Origin: Candidatus Poribacteria bacterium
GTDB taxonomy: Bacteria; Poribacteria; WGA-4E; WGA-3G
Assembly (NCBI GenBank): GCA_963663765.2
Contig: CAXXUA010000015.1
Location: forward strand, 288,001 to 352,000
Reading direction: 5' to 3'
DNA: 64,000 nt
Shown here: positions 39,193 to 49,080 of the stretch, in pieces
Layout of the letters: each line of letters opens with the position of its first letter
How positions within the stretch are numbered: the stretch's first letter is position 1
Made by a program: the position numbers and the translations under genes
Notes under the pieces: generated by a model
Seen by the model: the letters and a program-made list of their open reading frames with translations, nothing else
Databases searched by the model: none
What the model was told of the DNA's origin: nothing

Positions 39193-39813
39193 CTAAGGTG
39201 TACGGTCTAAGTCTGCTTTTCTAACACGTTTAATTGTGCATCCGATTGCACGTGTCTTTTTCTGTTTTTCAGGTATGACTTTACCGTCCAAAAGCAGATT
39301 CAATATGTTCGTTAGGTAGTGATTCTTAGGAGATTTTCGGTTGTCGTCTATTGCACCTTTATAGCGTAGGATATGTTTATTATCTATAACAAACACTTCA
39401 GGTGTTCTTCGAGCTTGAAAATAGTCAGCGATGACGTTTTCTGGATCAATAAGAATAGGGAATTCAAGTTTGTGTTTCGTCTGATATTTTTTTATATCTT
39501 CACTTGTTTCATGTTTATTTGAGTGAATACCGACAAATTGGACTTCTTTTTCTTTGTAGTCCTTTGTGAGTTTTACAATACGTTCAATATATTCATCCAA
39601 TACAGGACATTCTGTAGCAAGAAAAATAAGTACAATTGCTTTTTTGTCTTTACTAAGTTTCTTTAAGGTATGAGTTTTTTTCTCTGTGTCCTTTAGGGAC
39701 CATTCCTTAACCTTTTCATCAATTTTTGCGATATTGTCGTTATTTTCTTCGTCTGCTGAAATGAAAAAGGAAATGAAAAAAAATAAACCGATAAAGGCAT
39801 ACGACTTACGCAT
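39193..39813 (-). CDS. Secreted thioredoxin-fold (AhpC/TSA/redoxin) protein
   Basis: FLATECPV, RTPEVFVID, YKGAIDD and AIGCTI motifs; ATG 39813 follows AGGAGA. Confidence 0.85.
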   Translation of the reverse strand: MRKSYAFIGLFFFISFFISADEENNDNIAKIDEKVKEWSLKDTEKKTHTLKKLSKDKKAIVLIFLATECPVLDEYIERIVKLTKDYKEKEVQFVGIHSNKHETSEDIKKYQTKHKLEFPILIDPENVIADYFQARRTPEVFVIDNKHILRYKGAIDDNRKSPKNHYLTNILNLLLDGKVIPEKQKKTRAIGCTIKRVRKADLDRTP

Positions 39814-40003
39814 TTTTAGTTCTCCTATGTTATAAAACGTTACAAACATAATTGCGTTTATAATGAGTTTACATTATCTTAAGTTGTAAAAACTAATTTT
39901 CGGAATATAGTATAAAATACATAATAACGAAAAATTATATTGATTTTTTTATTATATAGTGTAACAATGTAACATATTTTTCAGTATATAGCAAACTGTA
40001 CGA

Positions 40004-40188
40004 CAGGGTTATTCAGTATTAGACATTTTAACTGTTTCCCGAGAAAATCGCGACCGATAAAACAAGAAATCAACGGTATGAATGCGCGTATGGCATTCCC
40101 CGGCTATGCCTTTTGGCATAGCCCAGGGCGCTCCTACTGCGGGATTCTTTTTGAGAAATTCACTCATTAGGAAAACTGAATAACCATG
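40004..40188. mobile_element. MITE with ISAs1-type ends containing an interrupted REP
   Basis: CAGGGTTATTCAGT ... ACTGAATAACCATG; no TSD recognisable. Confidence 0.5.
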
Positions 40189-40309
40189 GATATTGATAGT
40201 TTTTCTACAGTTTGCTCAAACCATAATTTATTTTAATTTTTCAACTATTGAATAAAATGGAGGTATTCAAGGGAGTTCAAAATTATTAGTATCAGGATTA
40301 GTATTATTT

Positions 40310-41470
40310 ATGTGTCTATTTGCTATAACAGTAACAGCAACAGCACAAGAACCAATTCTCGGACCCTATCTTTGGATGTTCGTTAAGTTGGATGCAAATC
40401 AGGGTGGACAAGCAGCTACAGATGTTGATTCCCTTGCAGCTGCGAGTAATAATGTTGTTACTGAAGAAATGGTTGCAAGCAATGGCGCGACTGAGGGTGA
40501 TACAGTTGGTGATTTTCAATGGACATCTGCTGACTTACCCGATAGTGGTAACATAAATGAAGTTGCTACGCAAGCAGGTTTCACAGAAGTTGATATAGAC
40601 GATGTGACTTCTTACGCACTGTATACGTACAATTCCGATAAAGATCAAGCACTGACAATGGCGACTGGGAGTGATGATTCTATCAAAGTATGGCTTAATG
40701 GTGAAGTCGTTTTTTCTAACGCTGTTAATCGTGGAGCATCCAGATGGCAGGATGAGTTTCCCATCAATTTGGTACAGGGTGACAACTTATTCTTAGTCAA
40801 AGTTAGTGATCGTAGTGGTGGTTGGGGTATGCATGTTGGTATATCTGAAACGCCTTTAATTCCTGTGCAAGAAATACTCACAAATTGGATTTGGATGATG
40901 GCTCGAACAGAAGTGAACCAGGGTGGCGCGGATTCTACACACATAGATTCACTTGCTGTTGCAAGTAACAATAAGGTTACTGAAGAAGATGTGGCTAAGA
41001 ACGGGGTGACTGAAGGGGATACTGTTGGTGATTATCAGTGGACTCTTGCGGAATTACCACAAAATGGTGATCTTAATGTTCTTGTCAATCAAGCAGGAAT
41101 AGAAGCAGGGGATTTAGATGATGTGACTGCATACGGAATTGTTACTCTTGTTGCAGAAGAAGCAATGGAAGATGTTGTGATGGTAGCAGGGAGTGATGAT
41201 TCAATTAAAGTTTGGCTTAATGGAGAAGTCGTTCACTCTAATGCGGCGAATCGAGGTAGATCCAGATGGCAAGAAGAGTTTACAGTTAATCTGAATAAAG
41301 GTGACAACTTATTGATGGTTAAATGTAGTGATCGAAACGGTGGATGGGGTATGCACTTTGGAGTTCGTGGGAATGTAGAAACTGCGTATAAACCATCCGA
41401 TCAACTTTTTAGTGTTGATGCTGTTGGTAAGTTTGTTACTACATGGGGTAAACTCAAAAACTCCAAATAA
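40310..41470 (+). CDS. Secreted protein with two tandem PA14-like domains and GKFVTTWGKLK tail
   Basis: Internal duplication containing GSDDSIKVWLNGEVV twice; same tail as 4233-4979. The true start is probably upstream. Confidence 0.8.
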   Translation: MCLFAITVTATAQEPILGPYLWMFVKLDANQGGQAATDVDSLAAASNNVVTEEMVASNGATEGDTVGDFQWTSADLPDSGNINEVATQAGFTEVDIDDVTSYALYTYNSDKDQALTMATGSDDSIKVWLNGEVVFSNAVNRGASRWQDEFPINLVQGDNLFLVKVSDRSGGWGMHVGISETPLIPVQEILTNWIWMMARTEVNQGGADSTHIDSLAVASNNKVTEEDVAKNGVTEGDTVGDYQWTLAELPQNGDLNVLVNQAGIEAGDLDDVTAYGIVTLVAEEAMEDVVMVAGSDDSIKVWLNGEVVHSNAANRGRSRWQEEFTVNLNKGDNLLMVKCSDRNGGWGMHFGVRGNVETAYKPSDQLFSVDAVGKFVTTWGKLKNSK

Positions 41471-41628
41471 TCTACATTTATGGTAGACTTTGGACTTAAT
41501 TTCTTATTTAGACAGTTAACAGGACTTATGCAGTTTTCATGATCTGATGAAGAATTATGACGAAAATATTGTAATTTTCAGCATTTTTCTGTTTCCAGTG
41601 CCAAATCAAGAAATCAACAAAATCAAGT

Positions 41629-41669
41629 AATCGTTTAGTTTGAAATTTGAAATTTCAAACTAAACGATT
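41629..41669. repeat. Perfect palindrome with 20-bp arms following a CAAATCAAGAAATCAAC leader
   Basis: AATCGTTTAGTTTGAAATTT-g-AAATTTCAAACTAAACGATT; lies between convergent genes. Confidence 0.85.
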
Positions 41670-41718
41670 TTGTTTTGCTGTCATGTCGATTGTAATCTGG
41701 ATATAAAAACATAAGGTG

Positions 41719-42471
41719 TTATGTAATTGTTGATGCCAAGAATTCTGTTAGTTCATGCAAATGTGTGAGTTGTACATCAACGACTGACAGGTCAAGACAT
41801 TCTTTTGATTGATTTCCAACCATCCAAGCAGTCCACATTCCTACGTTTTTTGCACCAACCATATCTGCTTTATAACTATCACCAACATAGATTGCTTCTT
41901 GAGGTGAGACATTCAACTCTGATAATGCTGCCTGAAAAATGCGCGGATCAGGTTTTGCACAACCAAACACTGTCGAATCAATGATGACATCAAGTATAGG
42001 AGACAATTTGTATTCATCGCACCACCCACGAGTATTACCGAAATTATTGCTTATGACACCGAGTTTGTAGTTGTTCTTTAGTGATTCAAGCCAAAGTAGA
42101 TTTTTTGAGAGGCTTTTGGATGCACCTTCGCAAAACCAATCAACATATTGGTTCTTCAGTTCGTCGCTCAAGTTTAATCTTGTGAAGATTCCTTCAGCAA
42201 TTGCCTCAGATGTTTCTCTAAGAGTGCAACGTGCAGCAGCAAGTTCAGACGCAACTACACCTTTAGGTAACATTGAACCATCTTGATAGGACCAATTTGG
42301 ATTACTTTCACCCAGTGCAAATTCAGTTACAGCTGCCCTATCTGCAACATCAAATTCTTCGCGTGTTATTTCAGGATTGTGTATATGAATAAACTGATAA
42401 GTTCTTTCTAACCAGTGTATACCGTTTCCATCTAAAGTTCCGCCGAAATCAAAAATTAATGCCCGAATCAT
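41719..42471 (-). CDS. HAD-superfamily hydrolase
   Basis: FDFGGTL, ISN, KPDPRIF and VGDS..D motifs. Confidence 0.9.
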   Translation of the reverse strand: MIRALIFDFGGTLDGNGIHWLERTYQFIHIHNPEITREEFDVADRAAVTEFALGESNPNWSYQDGSMLPKGVVASELAAARCTLRETSEAIAEGIFTRLNLSDELKNQYVDWFCEGASKSLSKNLLWLESLKNNYKLGVISNNFGNTRGWCDEYKLSPILDVIIDSTVFGCAKPDPRIFQAALSELNVSPQEAIYVGDSYKADMVGAKNVGMWTAWMVGNQSKECLDLSVVDVQLTHLHELTEFLASTIT

Positions 42472-42507
42472 ATATGTATTACTTCCTTTTAAGTTTTTTC
42501 TTTAAAT

Positions 42508-43557
42508 TTACAGATTTAGTCTTGAAGTTAGTGTTTTTACTACTTCATCTGTTGTTATTTCTTGCATACATTGTTGCGGGAAGTCTTTTCTAAAACATGC
42601 ATGTTTATAACAGGGTCTACAATATACGGATTTTTCTATGATTGTATGATCTAAGCCGTAGGGTTGATGTCTTTTTGGATCTGTAGGACCGAAAAGTGCT
42701 ACTGTGGGAGTTTTTACAGCAGCAGCAATGTGCATTGGACCGCTATCACAAGTAAGACAAATTTCGCAGCGTTCTAATAGTGCTCCAAGTTGCATAATAT
42801 TTGTTTTTCCAACGAGATTTATAGCTGATTTAGGGATTGTAATATCTTTCATTTTAGTCTGTTCTTCGGTTGTACCTGTTAAAACAATTTTATATTTTGG
42901 TGCAATGTTTGATATTTTATGGATTGCTTCTACGAAATTATTCAAACTCCACTGTTTTGTTCGCCAAGTTGTACCTAAATTTATAGCTATTAACGGGTCT
43001 TCTGTAGTGACACCTTCACATTGTAGAATGGTTTTGATGTCTTGACGGTCATCATCTGTATGCCAGAATTCTAATTGTGAGATTGTGTTAAATTTGGTTA
43101 AGTCATTTGTATATTGTTTAGAATCAACTTTGTTGAGTAGTTGAATGACTGTTAAATATCTATCCACTTCATGCAAATTGGTATTGCTTTGACATGATTT
43201 TGTAAGTAAGAGTCCTCGTCCTTTATAGTTTGACCCTATACGTATGGGGATCCTTGCTAAGAATGGAATAAGTGCATTACGATATGAAGTAGGATGCAAC
43301 ACTACAGCTATATCAAAAGAAAATTTGCGAATTTTGCGGATAAGCCTTATCAGTGATTTGTCAGTGGAACCGTGTTTTGTGTCAAGGATACATCTGTCAA
43401 CATAAGGATTCTCATTCATTAATTCAGTAACGAGTGGACGCATCAGTAGCGAGAGTTGTGATTTGACATAAATATGTTTCAGTGCTCGCAAAGTAGGTGT
43501 AAGTAGGACCATATCCCCGATCCAAGCCCCAGTGTGACACACAAGTATTTTTTGCAT
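42508..43557 (-). CDS. Glycosyltransferase family 9 (heptosyltransferase-like)
   Basis: WIGDMVL and DSGPMHIAAA...ALFGPT motifs; ATG overlaps the upstream stop. Confidence 0.9.
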   Translation of the reverse strand: MQKILVCHTGAWIGDMVLLTPTLRALKHIYVKSQLSLLMRPLVTELMNENPYVDRCILDTKHGSTDKSLIRLIRKIRKFSFDIAVVLHPTSYRNALIPFLARIPIRIGSNYKGRGLLLTKSCQSNTNLHEVDRYLTVIQLLNKVDSKQYTNDLTKFNTISQLEFWHTDDDRQDIKTILQCEGVTTEDPLIAINLGTTWRTKQWSLNNFVEAIHKISNIAPKYKIVLTGTTEEQTKMKDITIPKSAINLVGKTNIMQLGALLERCEICLTCDSGPMHIAAAVKTPTVALFGPTDPKRHQPYGLDHTIIEKSVYCRPCYKHACFRKDFPQQCMQEITTDEVVKTLTSRLNL

Positions 43558-44432
43558 TAGAAAAAGAACGGGTTTGACCAAGCTTTTTTGCCGGTCTCGT
43601 CGGTTATTTCGATTCGGACATATTTTGTATTATTAGGTACCGTATAAGTTGCCTCAGTCAACAGAGATCCGTTATTAGGTATAAAACGTCTACCACGACT
43701 ACGTTCAGCTTTAAAAACGATAGACCGTGCTTCAGAACACTTAACAGACAGTTTATTGTCAATAAAGCTTATATCATTTATTTCGGGTCCGAGTGTTGAG
43801 TAGAATGAACCGGTTCGTAGTGCTTCCATGATATTATCCAGTGTTAAATCTTGTGCTTTTACCATTATCCACCCATGGAAGCAATCATGTTCTGTTCCGT
43901 GTGCATCATCTGCAGCAATGCCGAGTACTGGACCGCATTTATCCAACAGGTCATCCCATGATTGTTCGGAAAAACCTTTACCAATTCCCATGCAAGTATC
44001 GTTATAGACTTCAACAGCGAAATAGCCGCGTAATGGTAGATAATCTGAGATAGTATGTCCACACCAATAGGGATGGCACAGAACTGCTTCCCCACCTTGT
44101 TCCTTTATTTCGTCAATAACGGCATTAGGATGCATTTTTGCACAGTTTATGGGATTATGAATATTGATTGCAACAATATGATATGTTGGACCTCCGTAAG
44201 GATTTGGAGGGTGGACTTCGCTACCAGAGATTGCAAGGAAATCTGTGTCACTATATGCTTGAACATCATTGACTTTGCGGTGATCTGTTAGGACGAGAAA
44301 ATCGTAACCTACCTCCCTATATGCATTGAAACGATCAGACATTGACAGTTTACCATCCGATTCTGTAGAGTGGCTATGGGTATTCCCCCGATACCATTGT
44401 CCCGGTTGAGTAAAAGGATTTTTGGAAAACAT
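43557..44432 (-). CDS. PHP-domain metallohydrolase (CehA/McbA-like)
   Basis: GNTHSHSTESDG, LTDH, CHPYW, DDAH and AWSNPF motifs. Confidence 0.85.
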   Translation of the reverse strand: MFSKNPFTQPGQWYRGNTHSHSTESDGKLSMSDRFNAYREVGYDFLVLTDHRKVNDVQAYSDTDFLAISGSEVHPPNPYGGPTYHIVAINIHNPINCAKMHPNAVIDEIKEQGGEAVLCHPYWCGHTISDYLPLRGYFAVEVYNDTCMGIGKGFSEQSWDDLLDKCGPVLGIAADDAHGTEHDCFHGWIMVKAQDLTLDNIMEALRTGSFYSTLGPEINDISFIDNKLSVKCSEARSIVFKAERSRGRRFIPNNGSLLTEATYTVPNNTKYVRIEITDETGKKAWSNPFFF

Positions 44433-44590
44433 TGTTATCTCCTTAGAAAAAATATTTTGTATGTTCAGAGCAAGATATTAAATTAGTGATGTAATTCATC
44501 AATTATAACGTTAATTATGTTTATTCTAATACAGAATTGTAGCATGTAGCAAAGTAAATTGTCAACAGTATAGGTGTGTCTGCATTATAA

Positions 44591-44660
44591 AGGAGTGTAA
44601 AGTTTTTGCATGCGTTGAGGGGTGTTTGGAATCGCCAGAAGCAATAAACTTTACTCACCC
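44591..44660. mobile_element. 70-bp MITE (GTGTAAAGTTTT...AAACTTTAC family)
   Basis: Imperfect TIRs; 9-bp flanks GCATTATAA / GTATTATAA. Confidence 0.6.
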
Positions 44661-44676
44661 GTATTATAATTTAACC

Positions 44677-44705
44677 TTGACACCAACGCAATTAACAGGT
44701 ATCAT
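44677..44705 (+). promoter_or_regulatory. Sigma70 promoter of the NHL gene
   Basis: TTGACA, 17 bp, TATCAT. Confidence 0.65.
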
Positions 44706-44726
44706 ATTACAAAAATATAAAGGATT

Positions 44727-46766
44727 ATGATGTACAGCAGAATTAACATGAAATCTAATAAGAATTGTTATTTGTCGGTTTTTTTGATTTTATTTTTTGT
44801 TTTAAATACACTATTATTACAGTCTGATGCGGTCGATTTTATTACATATCAACAAGAATTTTCAGGTAAAGGATCTACACAAGGTGCATTTGGGAAAGAA
44901 ATACACATTGCTTTCAAACAAAATATCTATGTCAGTGATACAGAAAATCGGTTGATTCAGAAGTTATCACCAACAGGTGAGTTCCTTCTACAAATTCCCT
45001 CTGACCCAGAATCCCAAGAAAATATCCTACGTAAACCTGTTCATTTGACAGTTGATGAGATGGGTAATATCTATGTGGCAGATATAACCACACATCATAT
45101 AACAGAAACTGCAGACCCAAAAATATATATTTTTGCACCATGTGTTTATAAATTCAATTCAACAGGAAAACTCCAACACACCTACTTTGTTGATCCCGTA
45201 AATGAAAAGCCTGGGGTGGTTATTCCTGCAAAGTTGATGATCGATGAAAACGATAAAACTGCTTTTGGTGTTCAACCTACTGGGTATGATCGTGCTTTAC
45301 GTGTTGCAGTGAATTCAAAAAACCAACTCTATATCTTGGATGCAAATCGGGGTCGTATTCACAAGTTTGCTACGGATGGAAAAAAGTTGCTGACATTTGG
45401 AAGATATGGTGCTGGAGCTGGTGAATTTGATAAAGACGCATCGGATTTTACAATTGATGTAAATGGTAATATATTTGTTGCTGATACTGGTAACCATCGA
45501 ATTGTTAAGTTTAGTTCTGATGGAGAATATATCGGCAGTTTTGGTAAGAAGGGACGTGACAATGGTGAGTTTGTAAAACCTTTAGCAATAGTAGCATTGC
45601 CATCTGGGCAGCTATTGGTGAAAGATAGTAGTCGATTTCGTAGGAAGGTTGGTGGTTTACCCGAAGTTATCGCCCTTTCACCGACATTAACTCAGTTGTC
45701 AGAAAGTACTCCTGGGCAGACAGAACTTGCTGAGACAATAACAAATGCTACACGTGCGCAATATGGACCATTTGCACCGAATGTTACAGCTGCTGATACT
45801 GCATCGCTAAATCGTCGTTTACGTCTGCTTGAAGAAGCTGAATATAGACGTTACTATGATGAGAATGAATATGGTGAAGTTGATGATGATGAACTTGCAG
45901 AAGAACTCAAACGTGCTGACATCCGATTGACACTGTTTCACAATGTTATTTCACGGGTGCAAAAGTTTGAAAACAGTGGTAAATATGTTGGTCGTATAAT
46001 TTATGAAACAGACCAGTTGAGTGAAGAAAAGCACGATTTGACTTTTCTTGTTATAGATCCATCTGGACATCTTTATTTGCGTGATACTAGTGATTTCACT
46101 ATAATTCAATATGCTATTAGCGGGTTCACTATAAAACCGTCTCACATGAATGGTTTTTATAGTGCTCGTTTTGCAAATTTAAGTAATAATTATCTGGAAG
46201 ACTATGAGGATATTGACTTTTCAACTGATGTTCAAGACGAACTCAATCAGTTGGAACTCAAAAACTTGTTAGGTTGGACATATAGCCTATCTGAAAAATG
46301 GCATTTTTCACTCCTTGATGAGTTTACTTATGCTGAACAGGATGAGAGATACATTACACCTGCTAAGGTAGAGGATAGTTTTGATTTTGATACACAAGCA
46401 GTAGAAAATGCGTTTGTAGTGAATTTGAAGTTAATCACAAATCCAAATCCTTATCGGTATAAGGAGCTGAATCTTTCTATTGGTCGTGTTGATGGAACAT
46501 CAGATTTGGCTCAGGACGCACTATTTCCTGATTTGAATAAACAGCAGCGGATTGATACTGGAGATGCAAACTCTACAGTAATTGAATTAAATTGGGATGT
46601 CTGGTCAAAAACAAACCTGTGGTTTCGCTATGCAGACTTGAATCCAGCTGAGACAAGTCGGAATTTTGTCCGAAGGTTTTATGACGTATCGGGGGATCTG
46701 TATGAAGTATTTGGAAGTCGGAATCAAGCAAGGCAGTTTCTGGGAGAGTTGACCATAAAGTTTTAA
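44727..46766 (+). CDS. Secreted NHL-repeat protein with beta-rich C-terminus ending in Phe
   Basis: IYVSDTENRLIQK, GNIYVAD and IFVADTGNHRIVKF repeats; terminal ELTIKF. Confidence 0.8.
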   Translation: MMYSRINMKSNKNCYLSVFLILFFVLNTLLLQSDAVDFITYQQEFSGKGSTQGAFGKEIHIAFKQNIYVSDTENRLIQKLSPTGEFLLQIPSDPESQENILRKPVHLTVDEMGNIYVADITTHHITETADPKIYIFAPCVYKFNSTGKLQHTYFVDPVNEKPGVVIPAKLMIDENDKTAFGVQPTGYDRALRVAVNSKNQLYILDANRGRIHKFATDGKKLLTFGRYGAGAGEFDKDASDFTIDVNGNIFVADTGNHRIVKFSSDGEYIGSFGKKGRDNGEFVKPLAIVALPSGQLLVKDSSRFRRKVGGLPEVIALSPTLTQLSESTPGQTELAETITNATRAQYGPFAPNVTAADTASLNRRLRLLEEAEYRRYYDENEYGEVDDDELAEELKRADIRLTLFHNVISRVQKFENSGKYVGRIIYETDQLSEEKHDLTFLVIDPSGHLYLRDTSDFTIIQYAISGFTIKPSHMNGFYSARFANLSNNYLEDYEDIDFSTDVQDELNQLELKNLLGWTYSLSEKWHFSLLDEFTYAEQDERYITPAKVEDSFDFDTQAVENAFVVNLKLITNPNPYRYKELNLSIGRVDGTSDLAQDALFPDLNKQQRIDTGDANSTVIELNWDVWSKTNLWFRYADLNPAETSRNFVRRFYDVSGDLYEVFGSRNQARQFLGELTIKF

Positions 46767-46820
46767 GTGTTTGTTATAAAGAGTATAGTAACTAACTTTC
46801 AATGAGTAATAATTTTAAAT

Positions 46821-47795
46821 ATGGAATTTCGTGCATTATACCCTGAAGAATTTGAACCGTGGTTAGACCATGTTTCACAAGTTTTTTGGGGTGGTCGTCA
46901 ATATTTTATCAACCATTGGCAAAACGATCTTTGGTTAGATTTAGAAGGAGTGCGTGTCGCTGTTGATGATGGTCAGATCGTCAGCACGGTGCGCGTTTTT
47001 ATTCGAAAGATGTATTTCCATGGTGAGACGGTATCCATTGGGGGTATAGGTGAAGTGAGTACTCGAAGTGAATACCGAAAGCGTGGATTAGCAACACAAC
47101 TTCTCAAAGATTCTATTCAGTTTATGGAAGAACGCGGTATAGTAGTTTCCATGCTTCACGGTAACCAACGTATTTATTCTGATTTGGGTTGGGAACATAT
47201 TCCACTATACTATTCAAAGAAGGAAATAATCGGCAATAGACAGAATGAATGGGTAGTTCGTCCCGTTAATTATCAGGATATTAATGAAGTAAATAAAATT
47301 GCATCACTTTACGATTCTTATTCCAGCAAATTCAACGGCACAATTGTTAGAGATGATATAGGATATTGGACTGATTGGGTGCGGACAGAATCACCTGATC
47401 TGTGGGTTGCAGTTCGGGACGATGAAATAGTTGGTTATATCTCTGTGAATTTGCATGACAGGAAGTTGCATGTCAAAGAGTTTGTAGTTTCAGATGCTTG
47501 CTATATGCAAGATAGTGGAACACAGTTTTTTGAGATTTTGGTATCTGATATAATTGCGCAAATGAGTGAGGAAAGTCTTGATGTAGAATTTCCTGCACCT
47601 ATTGCCGGTGGATTCAAGGAAAAATTCTATTCTCATGGAAGTGCGATGTATCGTGTTATTGATCCATCTGCATTACCCACAGAGTTTTCAATAAAACGTA
47701 GTGATGTTTTTGCAGATTTGATGCATTATCAAGTTGAATCCATCAGGCAAGATATACGGTCGCATCATGTGTTCTGGCGAACTGATGGTTTTTGA
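46821..47795 (+). CDS. GNAT acetyltransferase (Eis-like)
   Basis: GGIGEVSTRSEYRKRGLA acetyl-CoA motif; IYSDLGW. Confidence 0.85.
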   Translation: MEFRALYPEEFEPWLDHVSQVFWGGRQYFINHWQNDLWLDLEGVRVAVDDGQIVSTVRVFIRKMYFHGETVSIGGIGEVSTRSEYRKRGLATQLLKDSIQFMEERGIVVSMLHGNQRIYSDLGWEHIPLYYSKKEIIGNRQNEWVVRPVNYQDINEVNKIASLYDSYSSKFNGTIVRDDIGYWTDWVRTESPDLWVAVRDDEIVGYISVNLHDRKLHVKEFVVSDACYMQDSGTQFFEILVSDIIAQMSEESLDVEFPAPIAGGFKEKFYSHGSAMYRVIDPSALPTEFSIKRSDVFADLMHYQVESIRQDIRSHHVFWRTDGF

Positions 47796-48182
47796 TGGGT
47801 GTTTAAAGTTTTTTGCGTGCAGAATCACGGATTACACGGATTTCGCGGAGTGCGCGGATAAGATACCTGCATGAGTACGTATCGCATATATGATGTTGGT
47901 ATAATCAATTAGACCTGAGAATGTAATCTTTTCTGTGCTATCGGTGAAATCCTTGGAATACATTTGGGTGTATGCTATTGGAAGAAGACGCGTGTGGTAT
48001 TTGACTCACTATGATTCCTGCAGTTGATTTGGTGATACTGACAACCCAACGATCCAGACAACACCCTGCCAAAACTTTACACATCCGGTTTTGACTGGGT
48101 TATTTAGTTTTAAGATTCTATCGTTATACAAGTTAACTTTGGGTTAAGATTAGTGAAATATATACAGAACTTAAGCAAAAAC

Positions 48183-48250
48183 GGTAGGCGTGCTTTGTAA
48201 GCGCGCTCTTGGGACTTGATGTACCAGCGCGCTTACAAAGCACGCCTACC
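48183..48250. repeat. REP doublet (perfect 25-bp inverted repeat)
   Basis: GGTAGGCGTGCTTTGTAAGCGCGCT ... AGCGCGCTTACAAAGCACGCCTACC. Confidence 0.9.
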
Positions 48251-48504
48251 AGGGTAGGTTAGATAAAATTACCTAATTAATTTTTTAATCTTCATTAAAT
48301 CCTGGTTCAAATCTTCATTAAATCCTGGTTCAAACAAAGAATGAGCTAACTCCCAAAAATAAACTAACTCAAGGATTAACAACTGTGATAGAATTTATTC
48401 AATAAAATGAAAACTGAATAACACTGCGGTTCTGAGTGTGTGAAAAGTTTTTGTAGAAACCCTGATATAATAGTGGCTTTTAGAATTATTTTTGCACATT
48501 CAGG

Positions 48505-48570
48505 TGTAGGAGGGAACTCCGATTCCCGACTATCAAGGCGTTCAGTCGCGATTCGGAGTTCCCTCCTACA
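48505..48570. repeat. REP doublet
   Basis: TGTAGGAGGGAACTCCGATTCCCGACT ... AGTCGCGATTCGGAGTTCCCTCCTACA. Confidence 0.88.
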
Positions 48571-48662
48571 GAACAAGTGCAAACTTAATTGTATATTTCA
48601 CTATAAAAGAAGTATCTAAAGTTTCTATCAAAGCTTGCTTGACGTTAGGGAACTGTGGACAT

Positions 48663-48726
48663 CGTAGAGGCGAGGTTTCCTCGTCTGCGTAAAACCTCTG
48701 TTCGGGCGGGGAGACCCCGCCCCTAT
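48663..48726. repeat. REP doublet (diverged)
   Basis: GTAGAGGCGAGGTTTCCTCGTCT ... GGGCGGGGAGACCCCGCCCCTAT. Confidence 0.7.
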
Positions 48727-48770
48727 GCACAGTAACCAAAACTTTACACACCCCGGTTCTGATACGAACA

Positions 48771-48799
48771 TTGACAATATCAGTAATATGTGCTATAAT
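48771..48799 (+). promoter_or_regulatory. Consensus sigma70 promoter upstream of the moeB-like gene
   Basis: TTGACA, 17 bp, TATAAT, with extended TGn. Confidence 0.8.
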
Positions 48800-48834
48800 C
48801 TGTTCAAGATATTACTTGAATCCCTTGCTAAATT

Positions 48835-48990
48835 ATACCAATTCAAATAAATCTTGTCTCATTAAGGAATTCTACTGTTTACTGGCAGGGGGTTACTCTC
48901 CTCGGTAGGAGCGACCTCCCGGTCGCGACCGTGATGTCGCTCCTACCAGATTTCCGCTGCTAATGAGACATTATCACATGAAAATGGTAT
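48835..48990. mobile_element. MITE-like element with ~30-bp imperfect arms carrying a REP
   Basis: ATACCA...TGTCTCATTA / TAATGAGACA...TGGTAT; internal GGTAGGAGCGACCTCCCGGTCGCGAC...GTCGCTCCTACC (48904-48947). Confidence 0.6.
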
Positions 48991-49080
48991 TACCAAGTAT
49001 GATTAGAGTGTATCAAACAAAAAATAGTCTTCAGTATGTGAAATTGAGTTTAAAAAGAGATTAATTTGGAGAACAATAAT

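Larger units (their letters stand above)
47797..48753. mobile_element. Chain of three adjacent MITEs separated by copies of one ~9-bp target; two carry REP pairs
   Basis: Elements ~47797-48085, 48095-48426 (ISAs1-type ends) and 48436-48753; separators CGGTTTTGA 48086, CGGTTCTGA 48427 and 48754. Confidence 0.65.
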
